Shown piece after piece: positions 12,973 to 25,689 of a DNA stretch of 64,000 nucleotides. Within the stretch, counting starts at the first letter, position 1. Each line of letters begins with the position of its first letter. The DNA is taken from assembly GCF_001194135.2 (NCBI RefSeq), contig NC_068984.1:79492649-79556648 (forward strand), written 5' to 3'. The notes under the pieces were generated by a model. The model had not been told where the DNA came from. It did not search any database and worked only from the letters and a program-made list of their open reading frames with translations. The position numbers were made by a program, and so were the translations under genes. Origin of the DNA: Octopus bimaculoides. Its lineage: Eukaryota.

Positions 12973-13662
12973 GTTGGTTGGTTGAAGGATTTCTCTGGTT
13001 ACGCTTTATATCGTTTAGAGACAAGTGAATGATGAGTGCTTTGTTGTGAGCAATGAGTATACAAATGCTGCTCAGCAAGAGGGTATTGGGGAGAAGATCA
13101 TGTATTTAATAATAACCGATATAAATCATGATTGGTTTATTGGTTGGCTGGCTGGCTGATACTCCAGTCAAGCTTTACATCATATTGAGAGAGAAGTAGA
13201 AAGAGTAAATGAGATATGCAGAGAGTGTTCACATAAGAGGTACTGGATGTAAAAGTCTTATGACATTCTGAACAATATACATATTATTGTAAGGAAATTT
13301 TGCAGAGATTGGTTTTCGAAGAGGTATTTTGTGATTAAGTAGTTTAAAATTTTGCAAAATAATACCATATATTTTCAAATATACAAATGAGAAATTACGT
13401 TTCATTTAATTTCATTTCAAGATAATACATATATTTTCTTTTGAAAATTAGTATTCATTTTATCATTTTGTATAAGCGCCAAGAAATTTCATAACAGTTG
13501 AATGATAATTATTGTATGTACTAGTATACCTGTGTTGTCAAAAATGCAGAACAGATTTATTAAAGATGAAAAATGGCTATAGTAGAAGACAGTTGCCTAG
13601 GGTGTCTACGCCTATTTGTGTGTGAGTGTGTGTGTGTGTGTGCGTGCATGTATATATATAAA

Positions 13663-14436
13663 TACTAGCAAACGACCCCGCCGTCCATTGGACGGTTTGT
13701 ATAGGTGAAGAGAGTTAACGTGGACTGTGTTAAGTTGTGGAGATGTTTGTTGAGTGTATGGGGTTGTTACTTTTGGTTAAGGCATTAAATATTCCTGGGA
13801 CACTAAAACTGTTAACTGTTTCTTCTAAGTAAGAAAAATTGATTGATGGTGAATCTTAACACAGTGAACCTTAACACAGCGGACCATTTCAAAATTGTCA
13901 TGAGGCCATTGGGTGTGTGAGAGAGTGAACGAGTGAAAGAAGTATGTACATCTATATGAAATGGATTTGTGTGTATGCGTGTACGTGCACATGTTTGCTT
14001 GAGCGTGTGTATGTGACGGAGAAAGAGGGTGAGAAAGAGAGATGGAGTGAGTGAGTGAGTGAAGGTACACACACACATTTAGAAAATGTGACATAATAGC
14101 ATAAAATTTTTACGGTAGTTGATTGAAGATAAGCGAAATGAACTAAGAAAGAAAGTAACAGATGTATGTACTATATGAAATGGACGTGTGTGTGTGTGTG
14201 TGTGTGTGCCTGTTGTCTTAGCAACTGATTGATTTTAATGGCGGAACAAACAGGACAAAAAGATTTTAAAAATAGCGTTTCTCACCTTGAAACTAACTAT
14301 TTTGAAAATGTTTTTAGATTATGGAACACTCAGCTCTGTCATGTATCCATGTTTAAAATTTCAGTGTGATTGGGTGAACAATACTCCAGTTTATAAGCTC
14401 ACAAACAGACAGACAGAACGGATTATATATATTAAG

Positions 14437-14438
<2 letters not shown>
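13663..14438 (+). mobile_element. Non-autonomous rolling-circle-type element (Helentron/DINE-1/Lep1-like architecture)
   Basis: Begins TACTAGC..ACCCCG followed by the hairpin CCGTCCA-T-TGGACGG (13681-13695). Ends aaatttcag..gattgg...acagacagacagaac..attatatatattaagat. Contains internal microsatellites and short duplications. Confidence 0.6.
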
Positions 14439-14478
<40 letters not shown>

Positions 14479-15114
14479 GTATAGTATATATGTATATACA
14501 TACATATATACTTATATATATGTATGTATATATATATGTGTGTGTGTGTGTGTGTGGACAAACGAAAAAGAGAGAACTCATTCAGCATTTCATAAGCCTA
14601 AAGGAGTCAGGCTCCTGCACATTTGTGTGTGTGTGCGCGTGTGTGTGTGTGTGTGTATGTGTGTATGCATATCTCTTCTACCCTGTACTGTTCTCTCCCT
14701 CCCCCTTTCGTTTTCACTCTCTTCCTTTCTCTAATTCTTTTTTCTCCCCTTCACCATTTTCTATCTGTAAATTGGTTTGTTGGAGCAGAGCAATGGAAAA
14801 GTTTTCTTCTTATATGTGGGTGGAACACCACAGTTGGGGCCAGCAGAGGACAATAATAGAGTGCGACAAGGCATGTGGGTAGAATGCACAGGTTGTGGGC
14901 AAGCAGAGAGAAATGATACAGTGGCATTGAGCCAAGAGGACAATATTGGGGAGTGGGAGGTAACCATAGTACATGAAGCGGAAATGGGAGGAAGAGATGT
15001 GATGTAGAGACGTAGTTTGGTTCATTGTGGTAGAATGTGTTAGAAGTTTTCTTGTTGAGTGTGGGGTGGGACATACAGCACTTCTAGAACTCAGTTTCGC
15101 TGATGTGGGTGGGT

Positions 15115-16140
15115 CTTCGCCAGACATCTTGGTCCATGGTCATTTCCTCCGTGAGGTTCAACTTCCTGAGATCAGACCTTACCATTTCATCCCATGTCTT
15201 CCTGACTACCATGAGTACCATCCACTTTCAGTGATTGGCACTTCTTTATGCAGCTGTCCTCATTCATATGCATCACATGTCCAAACCGACATAGAGAGGA
15301 CTTTTGTTGCCGACAGAGGTAATAGCTCTCTGAACTTCCTCTACCCAATTCTTATTCTAGGAACAATATTTTCAGAACATCCTCCAACATTGCTAATTTA
15401 GTTATCTAGGTCAGGGGTTTTCAAACTGTGGTCCGCAAGGACAAGACAGGGGGTCTGTAAACAGCAAATACTTTTTATGGGCAATTTGATTTTATATATG
15501 TTTTTCAATCAAAATCTTTTAATTGACAATAAACCTATTTGTTAATTACTGTTAAATAAATAAATGCAAAAATATATGTTATTTTAAGCAAATATTTATG
15601 TATAAATTTCATAAGCATTTATAAGGGGGTCCCTAAGGTAAAGCCTGAAATATAAAGGGGTCTGCAAGTCAAAAAGTTTGAAAACCCTTGATCTAGGTAA
15701 CAGAAACTATCTACAACCTCAAAAGAGCCTCCTGGATATTTGAGAGAATCCAATTCCCGTGTGCTCTTAATGCTTATTGTTCCTGCACACCTGCCACATA
15801 CAAAGACTACTCTATCTGTTAATCTACCTGTGATACCACTGCACCTCTTATGTGTCCATAGTTTACACTGGGTGCAACGAATGGAATTTCTTCCAACTCC
15901 TTTCCTACATATGGAGCAGAGCCATTTACCTGACAGAAAGAAAGTTTTATCTTCTTTCTTACTAACAACCATTTTTGTCTAAGCGAGGCTAACTTTAAGG
16001 CCCTTTGATTCCAGGTTTTGTTTCCATACCTGGAATTTCTTCGCCAATTCTGCTAAAGATTCTGCAATTAGAGCAAGGTCATCAGCATATAGTAGTTCTC
16101 ACGTGCACTCAGTTTTGAAATCCTGTTATGGCCTGGCGGA
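15115..16140 (-). mobile_element. RTE-X-like LINE, 5'-truncated and decayed (RT plus PHD-like Cys domain)
   Basis: LLYADDLALIAESLAELAKKFQVWKQNLESKGLKV, then WLCSICRKGVGRNSIRCTQCKLWTHKRCSGI, then VVDSFCYLD, continuing past the MITE as RKFRELLPL and RFGHVMHM. Confidence 0.87.
15412..15690. mobile_element. hAT (Charlie-type) MITE inserted in the LINE ORF
   Basis: TIRs caggggttttcaaact / agtttgaaaacccttg. Perfect 8-bp TSD atctaggt at 15404-15411 and 15691-15698. Confidence 0.93.
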
Positions 16141-16448
16141 CTATAATGAATAAGAGTGGGCTGAGTATTGAGAACTATATATATATTCATTCAAATATGT
16201 ATGTGTGTGTGTGTGTGTGTGTGTATATATAGGATCATTTCTGTTTGCCTTAACTTTTTAAAATTTTTAAATTTCACCATATATATGAGTGTTTACACAT
16301 ACACACGGTGAATCTCCGTCGTTCCTAAACTAACACATAAGCGGTTGAACATTCCACAGACTAGTATGTCTCTCACGTAAGTTTCTGCCAGCACCAGGGT
16401 GTGAGTGTGATAGTGTAATACCTTTTGAATTACCGGTACCATCTACCT

Positions 16449-16612
16449 GGCAGACTTCTATACAGCTTCCGTCTACTGTTCCACTCGCAAGGTATAGGTC
16501 AACCCAAGGTTATAGGAAAACGATATTCGCCCCAAGATGCCACACAGAAGAATCGAACTCGGGACATTGTAGTTACGTAGCTAATTTCTTAACCATTCGA
16601 TCACACTGCACC
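16449..16612 (-). mobile_element. Old SINE A-related 5' half
   Basis: cttccgtctac..tccactcgcaagg...cccaagatgccacac...atcgaactcggga, a diverged head plus CORE-like region. Confidence 0.55.
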
Positions 16613-16972
16613 TACACATGCACGCACTCACACACAGATATGTTATTCTGTATACGTTTCTGTGTGTTCACGTGCGTGTGTGTGTGCATTCCCAACACCC
16701 TCACATCACACCACGCACACATTACAACTGACCAACTCCTTTCTCCCCTCCCCATTTTCACACATGCATACGTCAAGATCACCAGCATTCTATCTCTCAC
16801 ACACACAGCCCCTCGTTCTTCGATCACCGTTCTTTCTTCCCCTTTTGTTATCTCCCCTTTTCTTAGCTCTCCTGTGTAAAATTTCTAACTTCCGGTCAGC
16901 CATAGCTATGATTGACCGTTGACCGAACACTATTCAATTTTTTTCTCCGTGTTTTTCTCCTTGTCTCCGTAT

Positions 16973-17009
16973 TCTTTCTGTTGAAGAGCGAAGCTCGAAA
17001 CGTTAAAGA
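16973..17009 (+). ncRNA. Minimal type-I hammerhead ribozyme-like motif (core variant CUGUUGA)
   Basis: Stem I TCTTT/AAAGA, core CTGTTGA plus A, stem II GAGC-gaa-GCTC, GAAA, palindromic helix III (AACGTT), putative cleavage triplet GUU ending at 17004. Confidence 0.55.
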
Positions 17010-17047
17010 CTTTCCGTATTCCCGAGCGTCATACTAATACACCCTTT

Positions 17048-17194
17048 GGCACTGTCATGGTATTAGCTGTCAGAAGTGAAAGTAGAACTGACAAGGAACG
17101 TTACTGCTGGTTTGAGTTGATTCTTTGGCTACTGACTAGCCGGAGCTATCTATCTGTCTGTCTGTCTGTCTATCTCACTATCTATCTCTCTCTA

Positions 17195-17259
<65 letters not shown>

Positions 17260-17540
17260 GTCTATCACTCGTTCACCTCTGTGTCCGTAGAATTTATCTA
17301 ATTAGAAAACGCAAATTTAATATAAAAATATATTTTCTGAAATTGCAAATTATTTAAAATATAAAAATATAATTTTCAACAGAGAGAATTTATCAAAATA
17401 GAAAACAAATGAAGTTTGAAGTTTAAAAATAATAGGATCGACTAGCCCTGCCCGGACGCGCGGCTGCGCGTTCGGGACCACTCTATGTGTTTTCAAACGC
17501 ATGGATATAGGTGTCGAATTTGCTCCAATAACTTTCGAGT

Positions 17541-17608
<68 letters not shown>

Positions 17609-17731
17609 TAGCTCGCTCCGGCCAGTCATGGTATTAGCTGTCAGTAGCCAAAGAATCAACTCAAACCCCCATAACGTTCCTTGTCAGATTTTTCTACTTT
17701 CACTTCTGACAGCTAATACCATGACAGTGCC
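17048..17731. mobile_element. Long-TIR MITE with GG terminus and 8-bp TSD (Merlin- or MULE-like)
   Basis: About 100-bp TIRs beginning ggcactgtcatggtattagctgtcagaagtgaaagtaga. TSD cacccttt / catccttt. Arms continue into mirrored (TATC/TCTG)n microsatellites. Confidence 0.85.
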
Positions 17732-17790
17732 CATCCTTTTGTTGTTTACACCACCTGTCCTCGTCTGTTGTTGTTTTTTCGTACATTCTC

Positions 17791-17828
<38 letters not shown>

Positions 17829-17937
17829 NNNNNNNNNNNNNNNNNNNNNNNNNNNNNNNNNNNNNNNNNNNNNNNNNNNNNNNNNNNNNNNNNNNNNNNN
17901 NNNNNNNNNNNNNNNNNNNNNNNNNNNNNNNNNNNNN

Positions 17938-17992
<55 letters not shown>

Positions 17993-18585
17993 CGATTTCA
18001 TGAAAGAGATAATAAATAAAAGTAGTTATCTAAATGTTTTAAATGCTGTAACAGAAAACTATCAACGAAAACTGTCACATCCGAATAGATAAGAAACTGA
18101 ATTTACACTCTTTGTATTTACTGATTAGCAAAAGTAAATATAAAGAAGCAATTTGTTAAATGTTATACTAAACTAATAAAATAAAGAAAAAAAGAAAAAC
18201 GTCTATGCTTATTCTTTAGATTGCTTATATATTAGAGAATATGTGTTGTTTATTCGCCAATATATATTTCTTCTAATTTCATCAGTTAAAACATTAAAGA
18301 TTCTCATAAAACATAAAATACTCTAATAAAACAACATATTAAGCATTGTAAGGTAATATACTTAATGAAAATGTTCAAATATTTGTTTGTCTGCGAAGAT
18401 AGACAACGTAATTCATACAAAGCTTGTCAATCAATTGTACACACAATAATTGTTTATAATAATGTCTCTTATAACTTTCACAGGGTGGTTTGTTGACGGA
18501 AAATGTTTAAAAACAAAACAAAACAACCCCAAGATGATTGATTGATTGATTGATTTAGCCACTAAACGATCTTAATCATTAATAG

Positions 18586-18800
18586 TGGTTTCTAATTTAG
18601 ACACAAGGCCAGCAATTTTAAGGGGAGGGTTTAGTAGATTACATCGACCTCAGTCGACTGGTACTTTATTTTATTGACCTCGGAAGGATGAAAGACAACG
18701 TCAACCACGGCGGTATTTGAACTCAGAATGTAAAGAGCCAGAAGAACGCCGCTAAGCATGTTATCCGACGCGCTAACGATTCTGCTACCTCGCAGCCTTA
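18586..18800 (-). mobile_element. tRNA-derived SINE family D
   Basis: Reverse complement has a box-A-like gcagaatcgttag, a box-B-like gagttcaaatacc and ctttcatccttccgaggtc..taaa..agtaccag. Confidence 0.85.
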
Positions 18801-18814
18801 AAGGCAATAACAAA

Positions 18815-19028
18815 CCATTCTACTATAGAAACAAAGGCCTGAGATTTTGTGGTGGGGGCTAGTCGATTACATGAACTCAAATGCTTAACTAGTACTTTAT
18901 TTTATCGACTCCGAAAGGATGAAAGGCAAAGTCGGTTCCAGCAACATTAGAATTCAGAACGTAAAGACATGAAATGCCACTAAACATTTGGTCCATCTCG
19001 CTAACGATCCTACAAACTCGCCGCCTTG
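18815..19028 (-). mobile_element. SINE family D, tandem second copy
   Basis: Homologous to 18586-18800. Confidence 0.85.
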
Positions 19029-19094
19029 AAATCATACATAGCTATGGTTTCTGATTTAGGCACAAGGCTAGAAACCTTAAGGGTAGGGCGTTAG

Positions 19095-19547
19095 CAGGGT
19101 CGTCGCCAAGCCCCCGCAACCCCTGCAAACCCATATTAAGATCAAAGTACGTAGATGAGTCATCTATTTAGTTTGGCTAAGACGTTGAACAAAAATTTAA
19201 CTATCTATGTTAACTGAAAAATTTAAAGACATAAAATCTCAATACAATGTACCTGCAAAAGTTCTTGTAAAAATATTACATTGTACCTCGAACATGCACC
19301 AGACTTTGTGGATTACTCTCTTTTCTCTTTTACTTGTTTCAGTCATTTGACTGTGGCCATGCTGGAGCACCGCCTTTAGTCGAGCAAATCGACTCCAGGA
19401 CTTATTCTTTGTAAGCCGAACCGCTAAGTTATGGGGACGTAAACACACCAGCATCGGTTGTCAAACGATGTGTGTGTGTGTGTGGGGGGGGGGCAACACA
19501 GACACACAAACATACACACACACACATACATGCATATATATATATGT

Positions 19548-19608
<61 letters not shown>

Positions 19609-20980
19609 TACGACGGTCTTCTTTCAGTTTCCGTCTACCAAATCCACTCACAAGGCTTTGGTTAGCCCGAGGCTATAGTAGAAGACACTTGCCCAAGGTG
19701 CCATGCAGTGGGACTGAACCCGGAACCATGTGGTTGGTAAGCAAGCTACGTACCACACAGCCACTCCTACGCCTATGATATCTATTGAACACGAATTTAG
19801 CACTCGGCTTGATTATTCTGAACTGATCGATGATTTCGCGAAGCGAAAAGTGCGCCGCGTTTGTCTTTGAAAGTTGCCTGGATTATAAGACTGCTCTTTT
19901 ATTCACATCTGGAAGTTTTATTGAAATTTGTAATAGATCTAAGTAAATTAAACTTGCTGTACTTTTAAAGGTGTTCTTTAGGATAACGGAAAATATTGAA
20001 TTTCAAATAGAATGAAGTAAAAAATAGCTATGAATAAAAGGTGCGTAGATAATGAATTTTGATTGAAGGATGGGGTCTCTAAAAGTCACGCGACGGAGCT
20101 GGGCGTTAGTCGACTCTTTCGGACCCAGTACTTGAATGCAATTATAGCAATTGCTTAGCTCTAAAACAGGTGATGTTGGATGAAATGCCTTCCAAGCTAT
20201 CCGTGACGATGGCGTCATTGGTGGACGAAAAGAATGTGGACCGTAACCCTCTTTCACCCACCCCCCTTTTTACAGAATCCTCCATTTTCGAATACGGAGA
20301 TTCTGATTCTGCAAAAAAAAAAAACAAAAAAAAAACCTCATTTTAAAACTTTAATCCCCCTCCCCCAATTCTTCAATTTTCACCTTTTTCAGAATTTTTT
20401 TTGTGAAATACATAGAAAAATTCGAAAATTATGATGTAATGAAAAATGAAAATGATAATGANNNNNNNNNNNNNNNNNNNNNNNNNNNNNNNNNNNNNNN
20501 NNNNNNNNNNNNNNNNNNNNNNNNNNNNNNNNNNNNNNNNNNNNNNNNNNNNNNNNNNNNNNNNNNNNNNNNNNNNNNNNNNNNNNNNNNNNNNNNNNNN
20601 NNNNNNNNNNNNNNNNNNNNNNNNNNNNNNNNNNNNNNNNNNNNNNNNNNNNNNNNNNNNNNNNNNNNNNNNNNNNNNNNNNNNNNNNNNNNNNNNNNNN
20701 NNNNNNNNNNNNNNNNNNNNNNNNNNNNNNNNNNNNNNNNNNNNNNNNNNNNNNNNNNNNNNNNNNNNNNNNNNNNNNNNNNNNNNNNNNNNNNNNNNNN
20801 NNNNNNNNNNNNNNNNNNNNNNNNNNNNNNNNNNNNNNNNNNNNNNNNNNNNNNNNNNNNNNNNNNNNNNNNNNNNNNNNNNNNNNNNNNNNNNNNNNNN
20901 NNNNNNNNNNNNNNNNNNATTAGGGTCTACTCAGAATATTCTGAAGCACACCAAGGCACCTAAATCTGGCGACAGACCTG
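19095..20980 (+). mobile_element. hAT transposon remnant with a transposase C-terminal fragment
   Basis: 19774-19869 reads [31 protein letters not shown], resembling the hAT dimerisation-domain end. Possible termini cagggtcgtcgcca / tggcgacagacctg (11/14). No matching TSD, so the boundaries are uncertain. Confidence 0.5.
19317..19773 (-). mobile_element. SINE family A, full length
   Basis: Well-conserved head, internal (TA)n/(CA)n and tail. Confidence 0.92.
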
Positions 20981-21059
20981 CTTTACCTGGTTAAACAAAG
21001 AGGAGTACATCCTTCTCCAGCTTTGCCAAACCGATCGCTTCTATTTATCTATCTATTGA

Positions 21060-21112
<53 letters not shown>

Positions 21113-21121
21113 TGTGTGTGT
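21060..21121. repeat. (GA)n(GT)n microsatellite
   Basis: Direct inspection. Confidence 0.95.
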
Positions 21122-21639
21122 AAGAAAGACAGAAGTGCTTTCAACCAGTCGCAGTGTCTTTTATCCAAAGCTCTAATGACCCTACCAACTCCCTGCCTAT
21201 GGTTGTGCTGGCAAGTGAGCTAATGAGGGAGGCTTTACATGATAGCACTGTCTCCTAGAAATAACAGCCAGATTTCCCTCATATGACACCCTACACTCTT
21301 TAGAGGAACACGTTGAATGATGTAGAATAAGATACGATTTCAATGCAATAAAAGAAGAAGAAAGAATGCTCGTAGAATGAATCGCTTTAAATCATTGGTC
21401 TGCTTAGTCAGGTTGAACTGTGGTTATAACCACAGCTCAGTCCAGGATTGTGAAAGTGGAAAGAGATATGCGAGTGAATCAGATATAAGTCGGACGGCTT
21501 ATGGTGTGTAACGGGAAGCCATAACGAACAATAGAGAAACAAAGCTAACATGAATTTAAAAAATACAAACGATATCTCTTCTAAGCAAAAAGTATTATCT
21601 AAATCTCCATTTGGAAATGTGATTGAATATTCCTATTGT

Positions 21640-21960
21640 CATGACTGAGGGCTGTGACCTTCGATACATCTCCTTTATCCTCGTCACACACGGCAGCCCT
21701 ACACCCCGCCGCTCCCCCCCCCCCCNNNNNNNNNNNNNNNNNNNNNNAGCCAGTCCTCGATGTCATCGCTCCATCTTTGTATTTGTCAGCCACGATCCTG
21801 TTTTCTGTCTACCCAGCCCCCGAGAATGCAATCACAGTTCTAGGCTGTGGAAATGCGCTAAAAAAAATCGCAATTTTCGCCGTCTTTTTCATTGTTACCA
21901 GATTTCGTTCCGTTCTTTCTACGAAATCGCATTACTAATATCTGCAGTGCTCATCTCTCA
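21640..21960. promoter_or_regulatory. GC/CpG-rich unique island, possible promoter or 5' exon
   Basis: Dense CpG, ccccgccgc and a poly-C run at a gap. Not assignable to a repeat family in this window. Confidence 0.3.
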
Positions 21961-22680
21961 GCATCCTGAAATTGTTTAGTATCATCAAGTAGAAACTGTT
22001 GTTGTTGATTGTTTAACTCCAGTTGAGTAACGGTGCTATTTTCATACATAATATATCTAAAAGTATATTATCCAATGTGTTCTTATTTATTTATGATGGC
22101 TGAGAAATTTTACGCTTATTTCTAGCAGACTGAGCGACAACTTAGAAGCTTCCTTCTTTGGCTCATAGCCAAAACAGTTAATTTTCAGGGTGAAGTGTAA
22201 AACTTCATTAGCGCTGAATAGTCTAATTTTTTTTTGCTTTAAGATAGTTTGTTAGTTATCATTGTAAGGAGAATTAAGATAACATTTTATGTTTTGCTTT
22301 AAAAACTAATGAATATTTATCCGTGGCATCAGTACAATAAAATTAGCAAGTTAACGGAGGGAGCCTCTTCATGTAGTCAGCCAAACTGATATCAGCAAAT
22401 TTTCCTCTAACTACGTCAGTGATACATTAATTTATTTTGCTTTTTAAAGGAAAATAAAATATAAAGGTAAAGAAAATAAACTAATGAGAATAAATTAATA
22501 CAAATAAACCTTTATTTAAAAAAAGATACAACAGAATTTTATTTTCAATGGGAAATAATATTCCTAAAAACAGAAACTTGTACAAGATTATAAACCAATT
22601 CAGTGAAAAGTTTGGACACCTGAAACTATAAATGTCTGCTTAAAGAGAAAAGAAGAAAAAGACATTTGAGAGGCAAGCAT

Positions 22681-23063
22681 GTTGTTGTTGTTGGCACTCC
22701 GTTGCTTACGACATCGAGGGTTCCAGTTGATCCGATCAACGGAACAGCCTGCTCGTGAAATTAACGTGCAAGTGGCTGAGCACTCCACAGACACGTGTAT
22801 CCTTAACGTAGTTCTCGGAGGAGATTCAGCGTGACACAATGTGACAAGGCTGGCCCTTTGAATTACAGGCACAACAGAAACAGGAAGTAAGAGTGAGAGA
22901 AAGTTGGGGTAAAAGAGTACAGCAGGGTTCGCCACCATCCCCTGCTGGGGCTTTGTGAAGCTTTAGGTGTTTAGGTGTTTGCTCAATAAACACTCACAAC
23001 GCCCGGTCTGGGAATCGAAACCGCGAGTCCGCTGCCGTAACAACTGGGCGATTGCGCCTCCAC
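22681..23063 (-). mobile_element. SINE family C, full length with a small head deletion
   Basis: Reverse complement of 9604-10037, with a (CAA)n tail. Confidence 0.9.
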
Positions 23064-24389
23064 TGAGCATAGTTGTGTTGTTAAGAATTTCGCTTTGTGA
23101 CTACGTGTTTTCAGGTTCAGTCCAACATAGCATTTTGGGCAGATGAAAACTGTAAACCTGTCGTATGTGTGTCAGTGGGAAAAGTCACGTTTTAATCAAA
23201 TACTATAAACAAAGCAATAGAAAAGAAGCTATTTCAAATCAGTTATTAATCGATGGTACATGATTTGTATAGGATGGCATTACACACGTGTAAAAAAATT
23301 CTTTTATTCAATTCCTTTAAAAAAAGTCTGACAAACAAAAGTTTCAATCAGTCATTACAGATTGTAAACACCTTACAAATTATCATGACATTACGTGTAT
23401 ATTCAGTAATTTTAATCCTAGCTACTAAAAGAAATATTCCAGCTGACACCGAGAAAAAACTCTGCTACAAACTTGTGGTCCTCTCGTGGTTCAACAACTT
23501 ACAAGTTATTTGTTTGTATAGCTGTACATGCGTTCACGAACTAGTTGTTTTTTGAGGTGGTTTACAAACAGCATTTTGCTGAATAACCTGTGCCCATTTT
23601 TTGTATGATTTTTAAATACTTTTCCGCTGTGTAATTTATATAAACTCAAATATTATTGTTTTGTTTAATAGTATTATAATTTAGGTGCGAACTGGTAAAA
23701 AAAATTGAAGGTTTTATAATAGACTAAACTGTTAAACAGTAAAAAACTAATGAGCGGAGAAAATCTGAATATATAATTCTGAATGTAATCAATAAGGTGA
23801 AACGTAACCAAGCAATAAAGCAGACATTTATTTAGACTAATCTACCCCGATCGGTGGTTGCTTAAAACCATACATTGGCGAGAAGTTGTTACGGGGTTAT
23901 AAACTTTAATTGCTTTATTAAAATAAAATAAAATAAAAGTGTTGAGCGTAAATCAACTTTAAAGCCATTCAATTTATTCTATCGATAAAAGAAGGGAAAA
24001 ACCATAGATTAATTATATTTACAATAGTTTTCAACAGACTGTTATTGTATCATAAATTGGAATGTTGATCCGGTGAAAAAACAGAAATTAATTCATTTTA
24101 AATGTATTTATTTATAATAAATTTAGAATGTCTTTTTGTTTTGTTTTAGGTGATAGTTTGAACTTGCTATTAATAAATTTTCAAGCATATATATNNNNNN
24201 NNNNNNNNNNNNNNNNNNNNNNNNNNNNNNNNNNNNNNNNNNNNNNNNNNNNNNNNNNNNNNNNNNNNNNNNNNNNNNNNNNNNNNNNNNNNNNNNNNNN
24301 NNNNNNNNNNNNNNNNNNNNNNNNNNNNNNNNNNNNNNNNNNNNNNNNNNNNNNNNNNNNNNNNNNNNNNNNNNNNNNNNNNNNNNNNN

Positions 24390-24421
<32 letters not shown>

Positions 24422-24524
24422 CGTGTGCGTGTGTATTTCATCCGACGATTTTGGTAAAATACATTTTATAAATGATTCTTAAATCGATTGATGAGTAGAT
24501 AAACGTTTTGAAATAACCCTTTCA

Positions 24525-24715
24525 ACAATAGGCACAAGGCTTGAAATTGTATTGGGTAGGAGGCTACTCTATTATAGCCAATACGAAAAGAAGATAGGCA
24601 GATTCGACCTCAGTGACATTTGAACTAAGAACGTACAGAACTAGAAAAAAAAAAGAAAAAAATGCCACTAAGCATTTTATTAAAAGCAGTAACGATTCTA
24701 AGAGTTTACCACCAT
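24525..24715 (-). mobile_element. SINE family D, degenerate
   Basis: aggcacaagg...tcgacctcag..atttgaact.agaacgta...aatgccactaagcattt. Confidence 0.6.
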
Positions 24716-25689
24716 AACTGTTTGAAATAAGAACATATTCTTGAAATGACCACTTTAGAAAGCCAACATTAAGCCATTGAGTATGAGGAAGGTTTTTACC
24801 TAGTGGCTCTGCTAGCTACAAGTAAGCAAAAGTAGTTCAAATCACATTCACTCTGTTGTCTTAAAAGTAAATGAAAAGTATATATACAAAAAGCAACAAT
24901 ACAAACAAATGAACAACCAAAGAAAGAATGCATTAAAGATCTCTAAACACTTATTTTGTACTACAAACCTGTTTCATAGAAGACAATTTTCCTATGGACC
25001 ATGGAATTATGCACGTAACAAAATACAATAAAACACACAATATATAATTGAATTATTACATATATAACACAAATGTATTACAATTGTAGTGAGACTCATT
25101 TCTATTCTGACTTTTTATGTTCCACTAGCCATTTTATATTTGCAAGGAGGTTTCACACATTAATCTTTAATGATTGACCTACCAGGTGAGTTTGGAACAT
25201 TTGGTCGTCTCTGTATTTTGGTTGATCAAATATTGCACAGGATATGGATCACGGGCAGTGGTGAATCTACAATATTCAGGCCCTGAAGCTTAAAATGTTA
25301 TGTAGGGAGGGCCTTTTACAACCAGCAATAGTAGGATAACATCCAACAAGGGTCAAAGAATTTTCATGCCCTTGCAAGGAATTCCAGCCTTGAGGCCCTG
25401 ATAACCCAGATGGTGGAGTGGTGATGTGGAGTCTTTAAAAGTGAGCCCTCTTTCCACCAGAAATAAAGTGTGGGTAGTCACCAATGTCTTTGTCGATGTG
25501 GTTGTTCCATGGCAGATCACCACAATTTTCTTTACAAATTTAAGCACTACATTTCAGATTGTGATTCTCAAAGTCACTGGTATGAACAAATATTTTCCAG
25601 GCTATGCTTTATACTTTTAGAGTTATGGGGCTTGAAAATTAGGCAAGCATTATATATATGCATGATGCATCATAGAATAAAGACATAAA

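Larger units (their letters stand above)
16890..17790 (+). mobile_element. Penelope pseudo-LTR-like repeat, interrupted by the 17048-17731 MITE
   Basis: Carries the hammerhead-like motif. The host sequence rejoins across the TSD (ctaataca|catccttttgttgttt). Homologous to 5300-5400. Confidence 0.45.

Noticed and set aside
13240-13330. YCSECHKTF on the minus strand as a C2H2 zinc finger
   Set aside because: No downstream histidines or linker, and an in-frame stop precedes it.
21599-21793. ORF MADKYKDG...GGGG as a first coding exon
   Set aside because: The start is GTG, it spans a gap, the nearby aaagATGG closes after three codons, and there is no convincing donor.
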